A DNA stretch of 63,801 nt, filler included, from Folioceros fuciformis (taxonomy: Eukaryota): the NCBI GenBank assembly GCA_049999805.1. It is 7 parts of 7 records of this genome, joined end to end, with 100 filler letters (N's around TTAATTAATTAA, not from the genome) between each part and the next. Parts side by side here need not be neighbours in the genome. Positions count along the whole stretch, not along the records: positions 22,431 to 32,665 come from JBNGIO010001682.1; positions 32,766 to 35,742 come from JBNGIO010001685.1; 5 more parts are not named here. One strand, written 5' to 3'. Below, piece after piece: positions 23,460 through 35,742 of the stretch (position 1 is its first letter; the number at the start of each line of letters is the position of its first letter). Made by a program: the position numbers and the translations under genes. Under the pieces are notes generated by a model that was not told where the DNA came from, made no database searches, and saw only the letters and a program-made list of their open reading frames with translations.

Positions 23460-26110
23460 ACTCAATTCATTTTTAGAACACGCTAAAGTGTTGGCTCCAA
23501 AACGTATTCGAGCTCCTGCGCTGAATCAGTCATTCCATGTTACAATTTTAGTCCCTACTTTCTTGAAGTGCTCATTGACTAACTGCTCACAACGCAAGGG
23601 AGGATTTGGCATCAAATACAACGCGGACCTGCAGCATAAAAGAAAAAAGTATTCATGAGAATTCTCTTCTCTTCTCGTGTATTTGGATGATGATCAAAAG
23701 GTTATGGTAAGCTTTAGCCAGCAGTTGCCTCCATTATTAAACACAATTGCCACAAGCTCAATCACTTTGTCTACTACTTTTCCCAACTATCCAGCACCAA
23801 TGACGAAGTCTCCCATTTCAAATGAGCTGATTTTCTTTAAACACTTACACTATCCATAGCCTTTACGAGCATACGATTTGTAAGTTTCAAATCCAGAGAG
23901 AAAAACCCTAACCCTAACAAATCTAGTACAAGTGCCACTACATACAGTCAAACCCCTCTAGGGACCCCTATAAATGGGAACCCCCTTTAAATGGGATGCC
24001 CGGGCTTACTCCCTTGAATGTGCTAAATGGGAACCCCTCTAATTTGTAGATGGGAACATGTCTCCCAAACATTCCCAAACATTCAATGCAATTACATCTC
24101 TGTAAAAGGGAAAATACATCTTTAAATTTTTTTTGAGAAAATCGTCTTACCGAGATTAAATCATGAGTTATTGAGATTATATCAAGTTAAAGGCTATCGA
24201 GATTATATCATAAAACATAGACCGTCATCGAGATTGGGCCTATATATGTAGTAGTTCTGTACACTATAAAACATAGACCGTCATCGAGATTGGGCCTATA
24301 TATGTAATAGTTCTGTACACTATGCTTTGTGATCAGAAGTATTTCCTAGTACATAAGTTGTTTCATTACAAGTTGTCTTTATGGTATTGTGAGTTGTGTT
24401 ATGGTGTTGTAAGTTGTTATGTTGCTATGAAATATTTGGTATGTGTTCCTTTCCCATTCTCTTTGACGTGGAGGAACAATGCTGCCTTAGCCACCGCGCA
24501 AGCATGCTACCTTAACAAAGTAATAAAAGAAAGAGGTTTGCAAATATTATGTCCAACACTCTTGCACACTTAAGGATTTGACTAGATGGACAATATAGAA
24601 GTTTTCAATAGCAGCTTCTAAAAGTGCATTGTCTAGGATTGTGAATGACAAAGACAAATGGTTGGACCATACCATTGGTCCAACAACTAATATGGCAGGA
24701 ATGAGGGATAGACCAATTGTATGCCTACAGGTTGACCACGCAGTACACGTTTGGGCTCTTGCAATCCAAGCTCAAGGTGCCACAATTTCATATGACTTGC
24801 TTCGTGAGTGCATCAAGTTGTATCATGACTATCAAGCAGTGGTTATGCTGGTAAAAGCTTGAACTTCATTTGTGAGTCCTCATACCATACGCAATTGTTA
24901 GAGGCATAGCACTTTGGATGCGCAATTGCATGCACAAGATGCTTGGTTCCATAAGTCTTTGGATCTAAATAGCACACCATATGATCTAGAGGATCCGTTG
25001 TCGGATCCTCAAAATCACTTTAATTCGTTGGAAACGCAGGTAGAAGAGCTACAACAATCCAATGCAAAGCTTAGCATTATTAACATCTGAGGATATGACA
25101 AGAATTGCTGATGTTGGATATCCAACGATGACAGCTGAAGAGTATTTGAACTTTGAGGAGGATGAAGGATTGGATACTACGTATATTCCTACAGAGGATG
25201 AAATATGGCAAGCATTAATCCCTCCGCCTGTCAATGAGGAGGGTGAGGAGAATGATACAGCGTCAGTGGAGACCATAGCGCCAAGACCGCGTACGACAAA
25301 GGATGCTGTAGGTAATGCTATGAGGATAGCGAAGATGTTTTTGGAAGAGATGCTACATAACACTCTTGATGCTTTGAAGTTGCATTCTTAGTTGGAAAAA
25401 CATATTGCTAGTCATTGGATGAAAGCAACTCAGCATCAATTAAGGATTGATGATTATTTTAACCCAACAAACTAGAATTAGGTTGGCAGCTATATAGTAC
25501 AAGGGAGCATTTTGAAATTTTTGGATTTTTTGAAAGTTTCAAACTCTTTCGAATTTTTGATTTAAAGGATTTTTTTTTTAAATATTGTTTTTTTCAAAAG
25601 AAGATGAAAATGCCTAAATGGGAACCCTCTAAATGGGACGGTTTTTGCTACTCCCAATTGTTCCCAATTAAAGGGGTCTGACTGTAGTTATGCCTCCCAA
25701 TTGTTCCCAATTAAAGGGGTCTGACTGTAGTTATGCCTCATAATAGGGGTCTGACTGTAGTTATGCCTCATAATTCTACCACGTTATGCCTCATAATTCT
25801 ATCCATCTTATGCAGATGGTGTGGATCCCGGTGGTTTTGTTCATGTTCGTCGATAAGTCCATCCAGTTGTTTCTTCTTCCTCTCGCCGCCAAAGTATTCT
25901 GAGATGGGCTTTGGATCCGCAAATGTTTGTTGTACAATTCCTAAAAGTGAAGGATAAGATTTCATACAAACTCCGTCTTCGTAAAGAACTCATTGTATTT
26001 CTTGCCCCAAGTCACCTTTTCCTTTCCCTTCCTTGTCGATTCACATGGAAGACTCTACACAATTTTAATGTATGATCCAATCACACAGATGAATGTGTTT
26101 CTCGACAAAA
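23460..26110 (-). pseudogene. Decayed, internally deleted tandem duplicate of the UBC23/24-like gene, interrupted by a pogo element
   Basis: 23470-23670 resembles 18070-18275; 23720-23944 resembles 20160-20400; 25760-26110 resembles 20400-20790 (MKSYPSLLGIVQQTFAD vs MKSNPTILGIVQRTFGD). Confidence 0.85.
23945..25684 (+). mobile_element. pogo/Tigger-like (Tc1/mariner) DNA transposon, non-autonomous or decayed
   Basis: TIRs CAGTCAAACCCCT and AGGGGTCTGACTG with TA target-site duplication (23943-44, 25685-86); subterminal AAATGGGA repeats. Transposase remnants are SPHTIRNC, EEYLNFEED and the C-terminal QLRIDDYF. Confidence 0.88.
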
Positions 26111-26464
26111 GAAATCTAAATGAGGCCCAACAGTCTGCATGTAGACTAAACTGGAGGAATAGGAAGTGCAACACATGCTGTGCGTGTTCATGAGAGCTGT
26201 GCAGTCCTGGAGAGCTGCGTAGGTGAACAAGTGCACCGCATGCTACATGCTGTTCATGGAATGCCACGCCCGGTTTATACTTGTGCGTCCCCCGTGAAGG
26301 ACAAGACAGCCTCCACTCCGTCATGGGCTGCAGAGTGTCCTCGGAAATCGATTGCTGGAACTGGTGGAGATCTAGACCCTCGGAGATGACAGTCCAGCGA
26401 GAATTCTATTTTCTTAAGTCTTGGAGTCGCATGCAGCAGGCATATACCCATCCTTCCTTCGTCA

Positions 26465-29400
26465 TTAGCCAAGCGAACTACATCGTCTTGAGCCGCCTTG
26501 GAGTACATGGTTTTCGATTTCCTCAGCATCCTCCTTATGCCCAACCAAAAAACTGTGCACTACCCCATCCATGTCTGTCCACCAGCTCTGGCCTGGCTGC
26601 TTCCATGCCTCGATTCCTATCCTCCTTGCCTGTATCTCCAGGGCAGCCTCCCACATCTGGGCACCTGCATATATGCTTGACATGGCCACATACGCGCTAG
26701 CATCTTTCTTGTCAATGCTCACTGCTTGATAAAAAGCATGGCGTCCCACCTCCACATTGCTCCACTTTCGACAAGCACTCAATAACGTGTGCCACAATGC
26801 AGCATCAGGCAGTACAGGCATTGTCTTTATCACAGAAAGAGCCTCATCCAGTTTGCCTGCACGACCTAAGAGGTCCACAATGCACGTGTAGTGCTCCACC
26901 GTGGGCAATATGCCATGGTGTTTACTCATTACCTCAAAGTATTCTTGTCCCTTGGTCACGAGGCCTGCATGACTGCATACTTTGAGAACGCTGAGGAACG
27001 TGACAGCAGTTGGCTGTACGCCATCCTCTTTCATTCTTTGAAGCAAGTCAAACACCACTTCACTATTGCCCTGACAGGTGTAGCCCGCAATCAGGGCATT
27101 CCAAGCAACGACATCTCTTTTGGGCAATTCCTCAAACACCTGCAGGGCATCAGCTGTGCTACCCACTTTTGCATACATGTTCATCAAACTGACGGCTACA
27201 AACCCATCTGCCTCAAGCCCAAGTTTCACAATCTGCGCATGAAGCTGTCTGCCCAGATTCAAAGCTGCTACCTTTGCACATGCCTGCAGGAGGCAGACAA
27301 AAGTTGCAGAATCGGGTGCAACGATGCATTCTTCTTGCATATTTTTGTAAAGAGAAAGTGCTTCCTGTCCCATACCCTGCTGGGAGTACGCTGCAATCAA
27401 TGAGGTCCATGTCACAACATTTTTTTCACCGAGACCGTCAAACATACCATGAGCGTCCTTTAAGCTGCCACACTTTGCATACATGTTAACCAAAGCGTTG
27501 GCTACAGCCACATCAGCTTCAAGTACAGATTCCCTGATTTGCCCATGAATCTGTTTTCCCTTTTCCAGAGCTAGGGTGCCCACGCCTGCACATGCTTGAA
27601 GAAGGCACACAAATGTAACAGAGTCTGGTGCAGAGATGCCTTCTTCTTGCATATGTCCGTACAGATGAAGGGCTGCCTGCCCCATGCCCTGCTGCGAATA
27701 TCCTGCCATGATGGCATTCCATGTGACCACATTTTTTTGAACAAGTCCATCAAAGACAACCTGAGCATCAACTAAGCTGCCGCAATTCACATACATGTTG
27801 ACCAAGCAGTTGGCTGTGAACGAATCAGCCTGAAGACCTCGCTTTACAATTTCAGCATGCAGATGCCTGCCATACTCCAAACCCTGGTTGCCCACACTAG
27901 CACATGCCTTTAGGAGGCAGGCAAATGTTACGGAATCGGGGGCAAGAATGTCTTCTTTCTGCATATCCCTGTACAGGTGAAGGGCTTCCTGGCACATACC
28001 CCTCTGGGAGTATGCGGCTATTATGGAATTCCACGTCACCACATCTTTATGGTGAAGCAGGTCAAAGACATGCTGAGCATCCCATAGGCTGCCACACTTT
28101 GCGTACATGTTAACCAAACTGTTGGCGACAAACTCATCGGCTTGGAGACCCCGTTCTGCAATCTGGGCATGAAGTTGCCTCCCACTTTCAAAGGCTGGGA
28201 CACCCACACTTGCACATGCCTGCAGGAGGCCCACAAATGTCGCAGAATTTGGTGCAACGTCGCCTTCAAGTTGTTGGTAAATCACAGTGTAAAGATGGCA
28301 AAGGGCTTCCCGATCCATGCCCTGCTGGGAATATCCTGCAATTAGAACAGTCCATGTCACCACATCTTTTTTCAGAAAGCTGTCAAAGACTGATTGAGCG
28401 TCTTCCAAGCTGCCACACTTGGCATACATATTCACCAAACTATTGGCGACAAGCACATCAGCCTGCAGCCCCAGTTCTCCAATCTGGGCATGAAGCTCCT
28501 TCCCATCGTCTAAAGCCGGAGCGCCCACACTTGCACATGCTTCCAGGAGGCATACAAATGTCACAGAATTGGGCGTAGCCAAGCCTTCTTGCTGCATGGC
28601 ACTGTAAAGACGAAGGGATTCCTTCCCCATTCCCTGCTGGGAATATCCTGCCATAAGAGCAGTCCATGTCACCACAGTCTTCTTGTCAAGTCCATCAAAC
28701 ACAAGCTGAGCATCCCGTAGGCTCCCACACTTGGCATACATGTTTACCAGACTGTTGGCTACAAACAAGTTGCCCTGAAGCCCTCGTGCTTCAATCTGTG
28801 CATGGAGCTGCTTCGCCTTCTTCAGAGCTGGGATGCCCACACACGCGCATGCCTGCAGGAGGCACACAAATGTCACAGAATCAGGTTCAGCAATAGCTTC
28901 TCCTTCTTGTTGCATGGCATTGTAAAGGCTAAGGGCTTCCTGACCCATTCCCTGCTGAGAATATCCAGCTATGAGGGCATTCCACGTCACCACATCCTTT
29001 CGAGGAAGGCCGACGAACAGTGCTTGAGCGTCTTCTAACCTGCCACACTTGGAATACATGTCCACCAAGGAATTAAAAACAAACAGCTCGGGCTCAGGCT
29101 CAAGTCTAGCAGCCAACACATCGGCATGCACCTGCTGCCCAGTTCGGACGTCTCCTGTCCTTGCACAAGCCTGGAGTGCCGCCACAAATACATGGCCGTC
29201 TGGTTCCACATTTGAGGTGCGCATCCTATGATACAGTTGTATGGCCTGGCCAGCTTGTCCATGCTGCACATAAGCAGACATTATGGCAGACCAGGTAAAA
29301 GCATCTGGTTTAGGGATGATGGTGAACACATCCATCGCCTCTTCCAAACAGCCATGCGAGGCATACATCCGCAGAACCTGGTTGCACAGGAAGGTATCCG

Positions 29401-29980
29401 ACCCGCATCCCGTCTTCACGATAAGAGCGTGAACGTGCCGACCTAAACCAAGACAATGCTTGCTCAATACACATTGCTTCAGAAGGGTGCAGAAGAGAGA
29501 TTTGGAAACGCAGCAGTGAGTGTAGACCAGAAGACCCAAAGCCTCAACAGCCTCATTGAGCTGGCCTCGACGGCAAAGCTTCCTCACGGTTTCAGCCGTC
29601 ACGTCACTTTGGCGTCCTGCAGACTCACAGACAGCCGCAGTGGCAGGCAGACTCCTGTTGCTTTTCAAGGCAACCTGCACAGTCTCAACCTCCCGCAACT
29701 CTCCTCTACTCCTGATGGTCCTTCGCTTCTTCTTCTCGAGCCAACTACTCCACGAAAGTGTGGCCTCCCTAGAAGCTGGTGACCTCAAGAGCTCTTGACG
29801 GCTAATAGGCCCCTTGCTGCTGATGACAGATGCTAGTCCCGCTCCAGCCAGGCATCCTGAACCCTGCTTGCTCACGCCCCTGCTTCCTGGAATGCGTCCG
29901 GTTAGTCCACCGCTTTCGGCGCTCCAGACAAGCTCCACTGTGGCTGGCATCAGGATCCTCAACACCAGGCTTGATATCAC
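26465..29980 (-). CDS. PLS-class PPR protein with E domain and a WW-type PG box, truncated before the DYW catalytic region
   Basis: 1171-aa ORF (track start is GTG; first ATG near 29950) with a transit-peptide-like N-terminus, about 7-8 PLS triplets, HYTCIVDLLGRAG and C-terminal WKQPGQSWWTDMDGVVHSFLVG. Confidence 0.95.
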   Translation of the reverse strand: MISSLVLRILMPATVELVWSAESGGLTGRIPGSRGVSKQGSGCLAGAGLASVISSKGPISRQELLRSPASREATLSWSSWLEKKKRRTIRSRGELREVETVQVALKSNRSLPATAAVCESAGRQSDVTAETVRKLCRRGQLNEAVEALGLLVYTHCCVSKSLFCTLLKQCVLSKHCLGLGRHVHALIVKTGCGSDTFLCNQVLRMYASHGCLEEAMDVFTIIPKPDAFTWSAIMSAYVQHGQAGQAIQLYHRMRTSNVEPDGHVFVAALQACARTGDVRTGQQVHADVLAARLEPEPELFVFNSLVDMYSKCGRLEDAQALFVGLPRKDVVTWNALIAGYSQQGMGQEALSLYNAMQQEGEAIAEPDSVTFVCLLQACACVGIPALKKAKQLHAQIEARGLQGNLFVANSLVNMYAKCGSLRDAQLVFDGLDKKTVVTWTALMAGYSQQGMGKESLRLYSAMQQEGLATPNSVTFVCLLEACASVGAPALDDGKELHAQIGELGLQADVLVANSLVNMYAKCGSLEDAQSVFDSFLKKDVVTWTVLIAGYSQQGMDREALCHLYTVIYQQLEGDVAPNSATFVGLLQACASVGVPAFESGRQLHAQIAERGLQADEFVANSLVNMYAKCGSLWDAQHVFDLLHHKDVVTWNSIIAAYSQRGMCQEALHLYRDMQKEDILAPDSVTFACLLKACASVGNQGLEYGRHLHAEIVKRGLQADSFTANCLVNMYVNCGSLVDAQVVFDGLVQKNVVTWNAIMAGYSQQGMGQAALHLYGHMQEEGISAPDSVTFVCLLQACAGVGTLALEKGKQIHGQIRESVLEADVAVANALVNMYAKCGSLKDAHGMFDGLGEKNVVTWTSLIAAYSQQGMGQEALSLYKNMQEECIVAPDSATFVCLLQACAKVAALNLGRQLHAQIVKLGLEADGFVAVSLMNMYAKVGSTADALQVFEELPKRDVVAWNALIAGYTCQGNSEVVFDLLQRMKEDGVQPTAVTFLSVLKVCSHAGLVTKGQEYFEVMSKHHGILPTVEHYTCIVDLLGRAGKLDEALSVIKTMPVLPDAALWHTLLSACRKWSNVEVGRHAFYQAVSIDKKDASAYVAMSSIYAGAQMWEAALEIQARRIGIEAWKQPGQSWWTDMDGVVHSFLVGHKEDAEEIENHVLQGGSRRCSSLG

Positions 29981-30655
29981 GTGTGATCATCTTCCAAAGG
30001 ATGTCTCCCCGTTCGAGCACGGTGGTGAAAATGCAGGCAGAAGGCCGCCGCTTGGACAATAATCGCAATCAGTTTGACAGGAAGCATTTTCATGCACGTC
30101 TCAGGGCGAAAGGACAAGACGAGAAGGGCATGAACTTGTGGGCAACAAAGTTGATGAACATGGATGCAAACTCGGCAGCTTAGGCGGTCAGCCTGAATTT
30201 TTCACGACGGCAAAGATTGCCACGATCGATGGGCTTGAATTCACTGTGGTAATCTAGTTCCACTTGCACGAGACAGATCGCTTACCAGCTCCCATGATCT
30301 ACTGAGAAGAATGAAGAGTTCAGGCATGCTAGCTTTCAGCTTAAACGTGTGTGCAGCATTTCGGAGATTGTTCTCGTACAGGTAGGTGGTTCCTTTCCCT
30401 TTACCACTGTGCAACGGCCTCCATCTAATTCTACAGTTCCCCAGCATGAGCGTGACGCGTCCGGTCATGCTGGAGAAGAGAGGAGGCAGGGCAGGCATGC
30501 CGCCTCTGCGCTCCTCGCTACACTTTGGATCCGAATCGCACAAGCTTAGAACAGAACGTGTACACGTATTAAATTCACATAAGTACGTATTAAGGCTTAA
30601 TGTATTTATCACTGAGCTATATTATTTTGGACTTATATTATAGAGTATTTTCTTT

Positions 30656-32180
30656 TCATTTCTTCGTGGGATTTGGAGACTTGGGAGTGGACGGCGTTTT
30701 GGGGGAAGTTGGAGACTTGGGAGAAGCTGGTGTCTTCGACGGTGATGAAGCAGTTGTCTTAGATGAAGTCGGGGTGTCCGATTTCTGTGATGGAGCGATT
30801 GGCCCCTTGGCTATTGGCGTTGTGTCTTGAGCATTCAATTTAGTTATCAAAGCAGCTTCTCGCTCATTGTACTCTTCTTCTAGAATCCTCTTGGACTCTG
30901 CAACCTTCTCTCGTACGGCAAACTCTATTGCTTCATCAAGACTCTGAGGCTTCCGTTGCTTCTCCAACAGTTGTGCTGCGGCTTGTGCAGCAGCAAGTGC
31001 ATCAGCTGCAGCCTTTGCTGTAGCCTCTTCTGCACGTTTTCTCTCCAACTCTGCAGCAGCCTTGATTGCTTCCTCCCTCACCTAGACGCCAAGTCCAACT
31101 AAGCCTATAACGACTCACAGCGGGATATCGTAATGCTCAGGTTTTGTATTCAGTACCTTGATGAGTTCTAGTTCCTCAGCAGTAAACGCATCAAACAGTG
31201 GGAGAGTCTTTGCTGTTTGTACTGTCACTCTCTGCTCCTTGGTAATCACAACTGGCTCTTTGAGAAAGCTGTATCGATACAAGGAGTAGTGCTGAAAGAA
31301 GCTGCAATATGCGCACTTGTGTGTAAGGTCTTGAATCTTGTTTACAGTAGCACCATAGCTAGTCAAGCATAGCGTAGAATCACGCATACAGGCTCACGTG
31401 GTTGTAAAGAACCGGGTTATCTTCTTCATATCTACATTGGAGAAAGGAAGCATGACATCCTTGCCATATTCCTTAACACTGAGGAAAAAAAACCGTTCTT
31501 TGAAGAACTTTTCAGCCTCTGCAAAAACACCCCCTCCTAATGCGCAAAAGAAACATCGTTAGCCAGAACCACATCTGTCATTCCTGAATTAATGCATTAT
31601 TACATTACGAGAAGACCTGCACCTGTGAGTATGTACATGAGCTCCAGCCCAATTTTGTACAATAGCAAACATTGATCCAAACTAAAGCATGCTTCCTTTG
31701 CAAACCTAAAGATTGCAATGAGTCATGATCTTGAGACTGAGACTACATCGTTCAAATGTGATTCAAGAAGCACAAGCCCTACATTAGGATACCCAGACAG
31801 TAGTCCAAAAAGATGGCTTGTCGTGCATTTATAGTGTACTCTTGGAATCCTAAGATTTCAGCCAAGAACCTACAACAACCCAACATCTTTTTTTAAAAAT
31901 CACTTCATTTGAAACCTTGCAACAACTTTTCTTCTCACTTTGCAGCTTCAATGACATTCATTGTTTTGTCATAGAGCTCCTTCACTTGCTCTATTGTTAT
32001 CTCTTGTTTGAACTTAAATCGTTTAGCCAACTCAGGATCTTCTTCTTCTACCTTCACTTCTGGCTCTGGCTCTGGCTCAGGTTCCACATTCTTTGCATTT
32101 TTTTTGCTTGCCTTTTTGTTTTTATCATCTTTTCCTTTCTCCCTCTTATCTCCTTTGTCTTTCTTCTCCCCCTTTTGCAT
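30656..32180 (-). pseudogene. Degenerate multi-exon gene of unknown function (K/E-rich N-terminus, coiled coil, SPKT-repeat tail), probably transposon-associated
   Basis: ORF pieces 31935-32180, 31115-31387 and 30656-31081 with splice-like junctions and in-frame TGA stops. Confidence 0.4.
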
Positions 32181-33719
32181 TGTGCATGCAAATGCTGATG
32201 CTGATGCTAATGTAAGGTGTTTTTCTAGGGTATATTTGTGTGCTTTTACTACCCTATTGCTACAAGTTAAAATATAGGAAGCTAAATTATATACAAACCT
32301 AAGAGTTCTAAACCTTCATGATTATGTATGGGTTTACACCACAAAATATTTGTCCTAAGACCTCCAAGATTTTGGCTACGCTTCTAAAACAATTTATAAA
32401 CTTATGCTTCATGGTTAAAGAACATCCTTATGGCTTAGTCTTTCTTTTTCTTTTCTCCTTGCATGTTTACAACACCTACATCGAAAGGTGATTTTATTGT
32501 GTTATGTTAAAATAAATATTTTTAGAAGAAAATAAGTTTAAAAAAATATTTTTAAATATTTTAACATTTATGAGTAATAAATTTGATCAAAATTAAGCTC
32601 TTATTAGAATTAGTTGCTGAAGTACAACTAAATGATACAAACCACCCACAAGTAAGAATTTATTTNNNNNNNNNNNNNNNNNNNNNNNNNNNNNNNNNNN
32701 NNNNNNNNNTTAATTAATTAANNNNNNNNNNNNNNNNNNNNNNNNNNNNNNNNNNNNNNNNNNNNGCCCCACTCTCCCCATCGACGGGTGCGTCCACCAC
32801 AACTGCCAATGCTGCAGGCGTTGCTCCACTGCCATCCTTGGCTGCAAGCACCTGCAGCTCCAACTCTGCATGAATCTCAGGGATTGTAGCATCCTCACCA
32901 CCCTTGCTACCTGTAGCCTCATCGCCACCCCAGCTACCCACAACCTCGCTCCTGATCCCCGAAGATGCAGCCTCCATTGACCCTCCTACAGACGCAACCA
33001 CCATTGCCCTTCCTGTACGCGTTGTGGCCACCACCCCTGTATGCACGGGTTCAAGGTGGTTCCCTCCCATGCTGTCTGCTACCATTGCCCCTCCATCGAC
33101 TGCGGTGGACACCGGCCCCGCTCGGGCAATAACAGCTGTTGCCCCTCCTGGATTGGCAGCCTCCACTGCCACTCCTGGAAGGTCAGCCTCCACTGCCCCT
33201 CCTACAGCAGCAACGACCGTGGCACTGCTTCTTGGTTCGGCCTCCTTCGCGCATTTTCCAGCACCATCAGCCGCTGCCCCTGCTGTTGGTTCCGCCTCCA
33301 CCGACCATCCTCCATCACGGTTGGTCGCTGCTCCTCCTATTCTGCCGACCTCCATCGGCCATACTCCACCAGCAGCTGCCGCTGCCTCCACAGCGGTCTC
33401 CCCACAATCTGCAGCCACACCTGTTCCTCCTCCTATGTTTCCCTCCACTGGCCACCCTCCGGCCACTACCTCCACAGGTGTCTCCCTAATATCTGCGAGG
33501 CCACGTCCACCCTCACCCTCGCCCTCCTCCCCCTTCCCGCTCACCAAAACCACCACTCCTACGTCTTCCTCATCTCGCTGCGATGGGCTCCATTCCTCAT
33601 CTCCATCTTCTTCATGCCTTGTGATTTCCTCCATTCCTACACCCTGCACAGACCTGCTCCTGCAGCTATCGTAGCCTTCCCTTCCCCGCTGACCTTCTGT
33701 CCCCGCTCCTCGCTCGCTT

Positions 33720-33990
33720 ACCAGCCCTTGCCTACAACCCCCCCTTTGCAGTCAGTCCTTGCCTGCAACCCCCGCTTTGCAGTCAGTCCTTGCCTACAAC
33801 CCCCGCTTTACAGTCAGTCCTTGCCTGCAACCCTCGCTTTGTAGCCCTTACCTGCAACCCTCGCAACCTGCAGCGATTGCCTGCAACCCTCACAACCTGC
33901 AGCGATTGCCTGCAACCCACAGCCCTCCATTGCAACCCCCTCAACTCGCAGCCCTTGCCTGCAACGCGCAGCCCTCAACTGCAACCCTCA
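33720..33990. repeat. Minisatellite-like (CCTGCAACCC-core, about 30-bp units)
   Basis: CAGTCAGTCCTTGCCTRCAACCCCCGCTTT and derivatives are repeated in tandem. Confidence 0.8.
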
Positions 33991-35507
33991 CATGTCTGCA
34001 CTCACCTCACGTTCCAAGTCGCAGATGTTGTAGCCCTCACCCCTTGCACTGCGCGTTCAGGCTTGCACACCCCGCACTCCGCGCTACACTACCAGCCTTG
34101 CCCTTGCACCCCACTCGCCTTGCAACCCTCCCCACCTCACCCCTGCGCTGACTGCAGCCCACGCTGCCTGCACCTGCCGTCCACCACGGCAACTCCCGAT
34201 GCTCACTTCCAACACAAGGCCGCCGCCGCAGCTTCCACCCGTTGCAACTACAAGGGCGGCGCAACTAGGTCTTAGTGTCACCACGGAGTCCTGCACACAT
34301 CGCAAGCCGGTCAATTCCCAGCAACTGTCGCTTCTACCTATGGGAACTGACCCTGCATGGTGGCCGTCGACACCTCCAACCCTCTGTCCAACGCGTTCGA
34401 TTCGCCACCCTCCTAATGCCGACTCGAATTGGATGCTAACAGTAGCACGCAGCGGTGGAAGCAGCCCGCCCAAATCCTACAACCCACAGCTCCCGGCTGC
34501 CACGACGCTGCTCTCCACTCTCCCGCCCGCACGCTCATGGTTCAGCATGTCACTCCCACGAGGAAGGTGCCGTTGTTTCGGTTTTCGGGTCGCCAAAGTT
34601 TGCAAGCACAGCCCGTTTCATGCTTGACAAAAAAACGAAACCCTCCACAGCTAGATGCCCTGTCTACCCTCGTCAGTCGTCGCGGATGCACCCTCCCAAC
34701 ACCGGGTTTCACCACTACACGATTTCGGGTTGCATAGTCCACCTATCGGCCCAGGACGGGCTGCCATCCTTGCCCGTTGGACTACTTGCTACTCTGATGT
34801 TTATAGCTGGTTGTCACACATATCCCCGAGATGTCTCACCTCCTGATATTACGCCATTTCCTTTTCTTTTGCACCAAATACATACGCATGTAACCCCACA
34901 CCCACATCCCATCATGCCCTACGCCCCCGTCTCATCAGGCCATCCCGCCGAATCGCCTAATCGTGTTTCCAGCACATGCTGTGGCCCACAGCCGACCAGA
35001 TCCATCCCCTACCTGTACTTGAAATATGTTCAAGAACGGACCTCCACGCCATCCACCACCTTCCCTACGGGTCGCGCAATGTACGGACCCTACACGGTCC
35101 TCCAATGCTTGTTGTGCACAAACAGGACTGCGCAGGACGTGTCCACATCCCTCACGATTGCCATAAGCTGGAACTCACACCCGATTACGGGATCATGTCC
35201 ATGGATACTACCTCCTCAAACAGACGAATCGTGTCCTTAGTTGTGTCGCCGCTTGCAGGATTGCATGCTTCCCGATAAGGGTTTCCCCATCCATTGTGCC
35301 TCTGTAGTCCCTTTGGTGGGGTTGTTCAGTGGGAACATGTCCTTGCCCGCAGCTCGTTCTCCCCCACACCCTTCACCTTCACACGCCTAAACCCGCGGGT
35401 TGGTTTATCTTTTTATATACTACGTTATGTTCCTGAATTCTGGCAAACAGCTATCCTTCACGCCTCAGTGGCGGCTCCGTCTACCCTCACATGGCGTTAA
35501 ATGCATG

Positions 35508-35742
35508 TGTGGAGGCAAAACCCCGGGCACTAATTGCCAACGGGTCCCACCTTTAGTGGCCACACTTATCCCACTGTCGTTGAGACATTGGGTTTCGTTC
35601 CCACGAAGGAGCGATGGGGTTCCTTGCTGCTGTGGATGGAGGGTCGGACTTGATCAACTCGATGATGGATTCGAGGGCTCCCCTCCAGCTCCGATCAGGC
35701 GTAGGACAGGCCTCGCTGTCCGGCGGTCAGCTGCACCTCTCT
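35508..35742. mobile_element. LTR-like repeat, copy 2 (truncated by gap)
   Basis: Near-identical to 21347-21580. Confidence 0.7.

Noticed and set aside
32714-35240. Long overlapping Pro/Ala/Thr-rich ORFs on both strands
   Set aside because: This is low-complexity GC-rich repeat DNA with no domain evidence and an unresolved coding strand.
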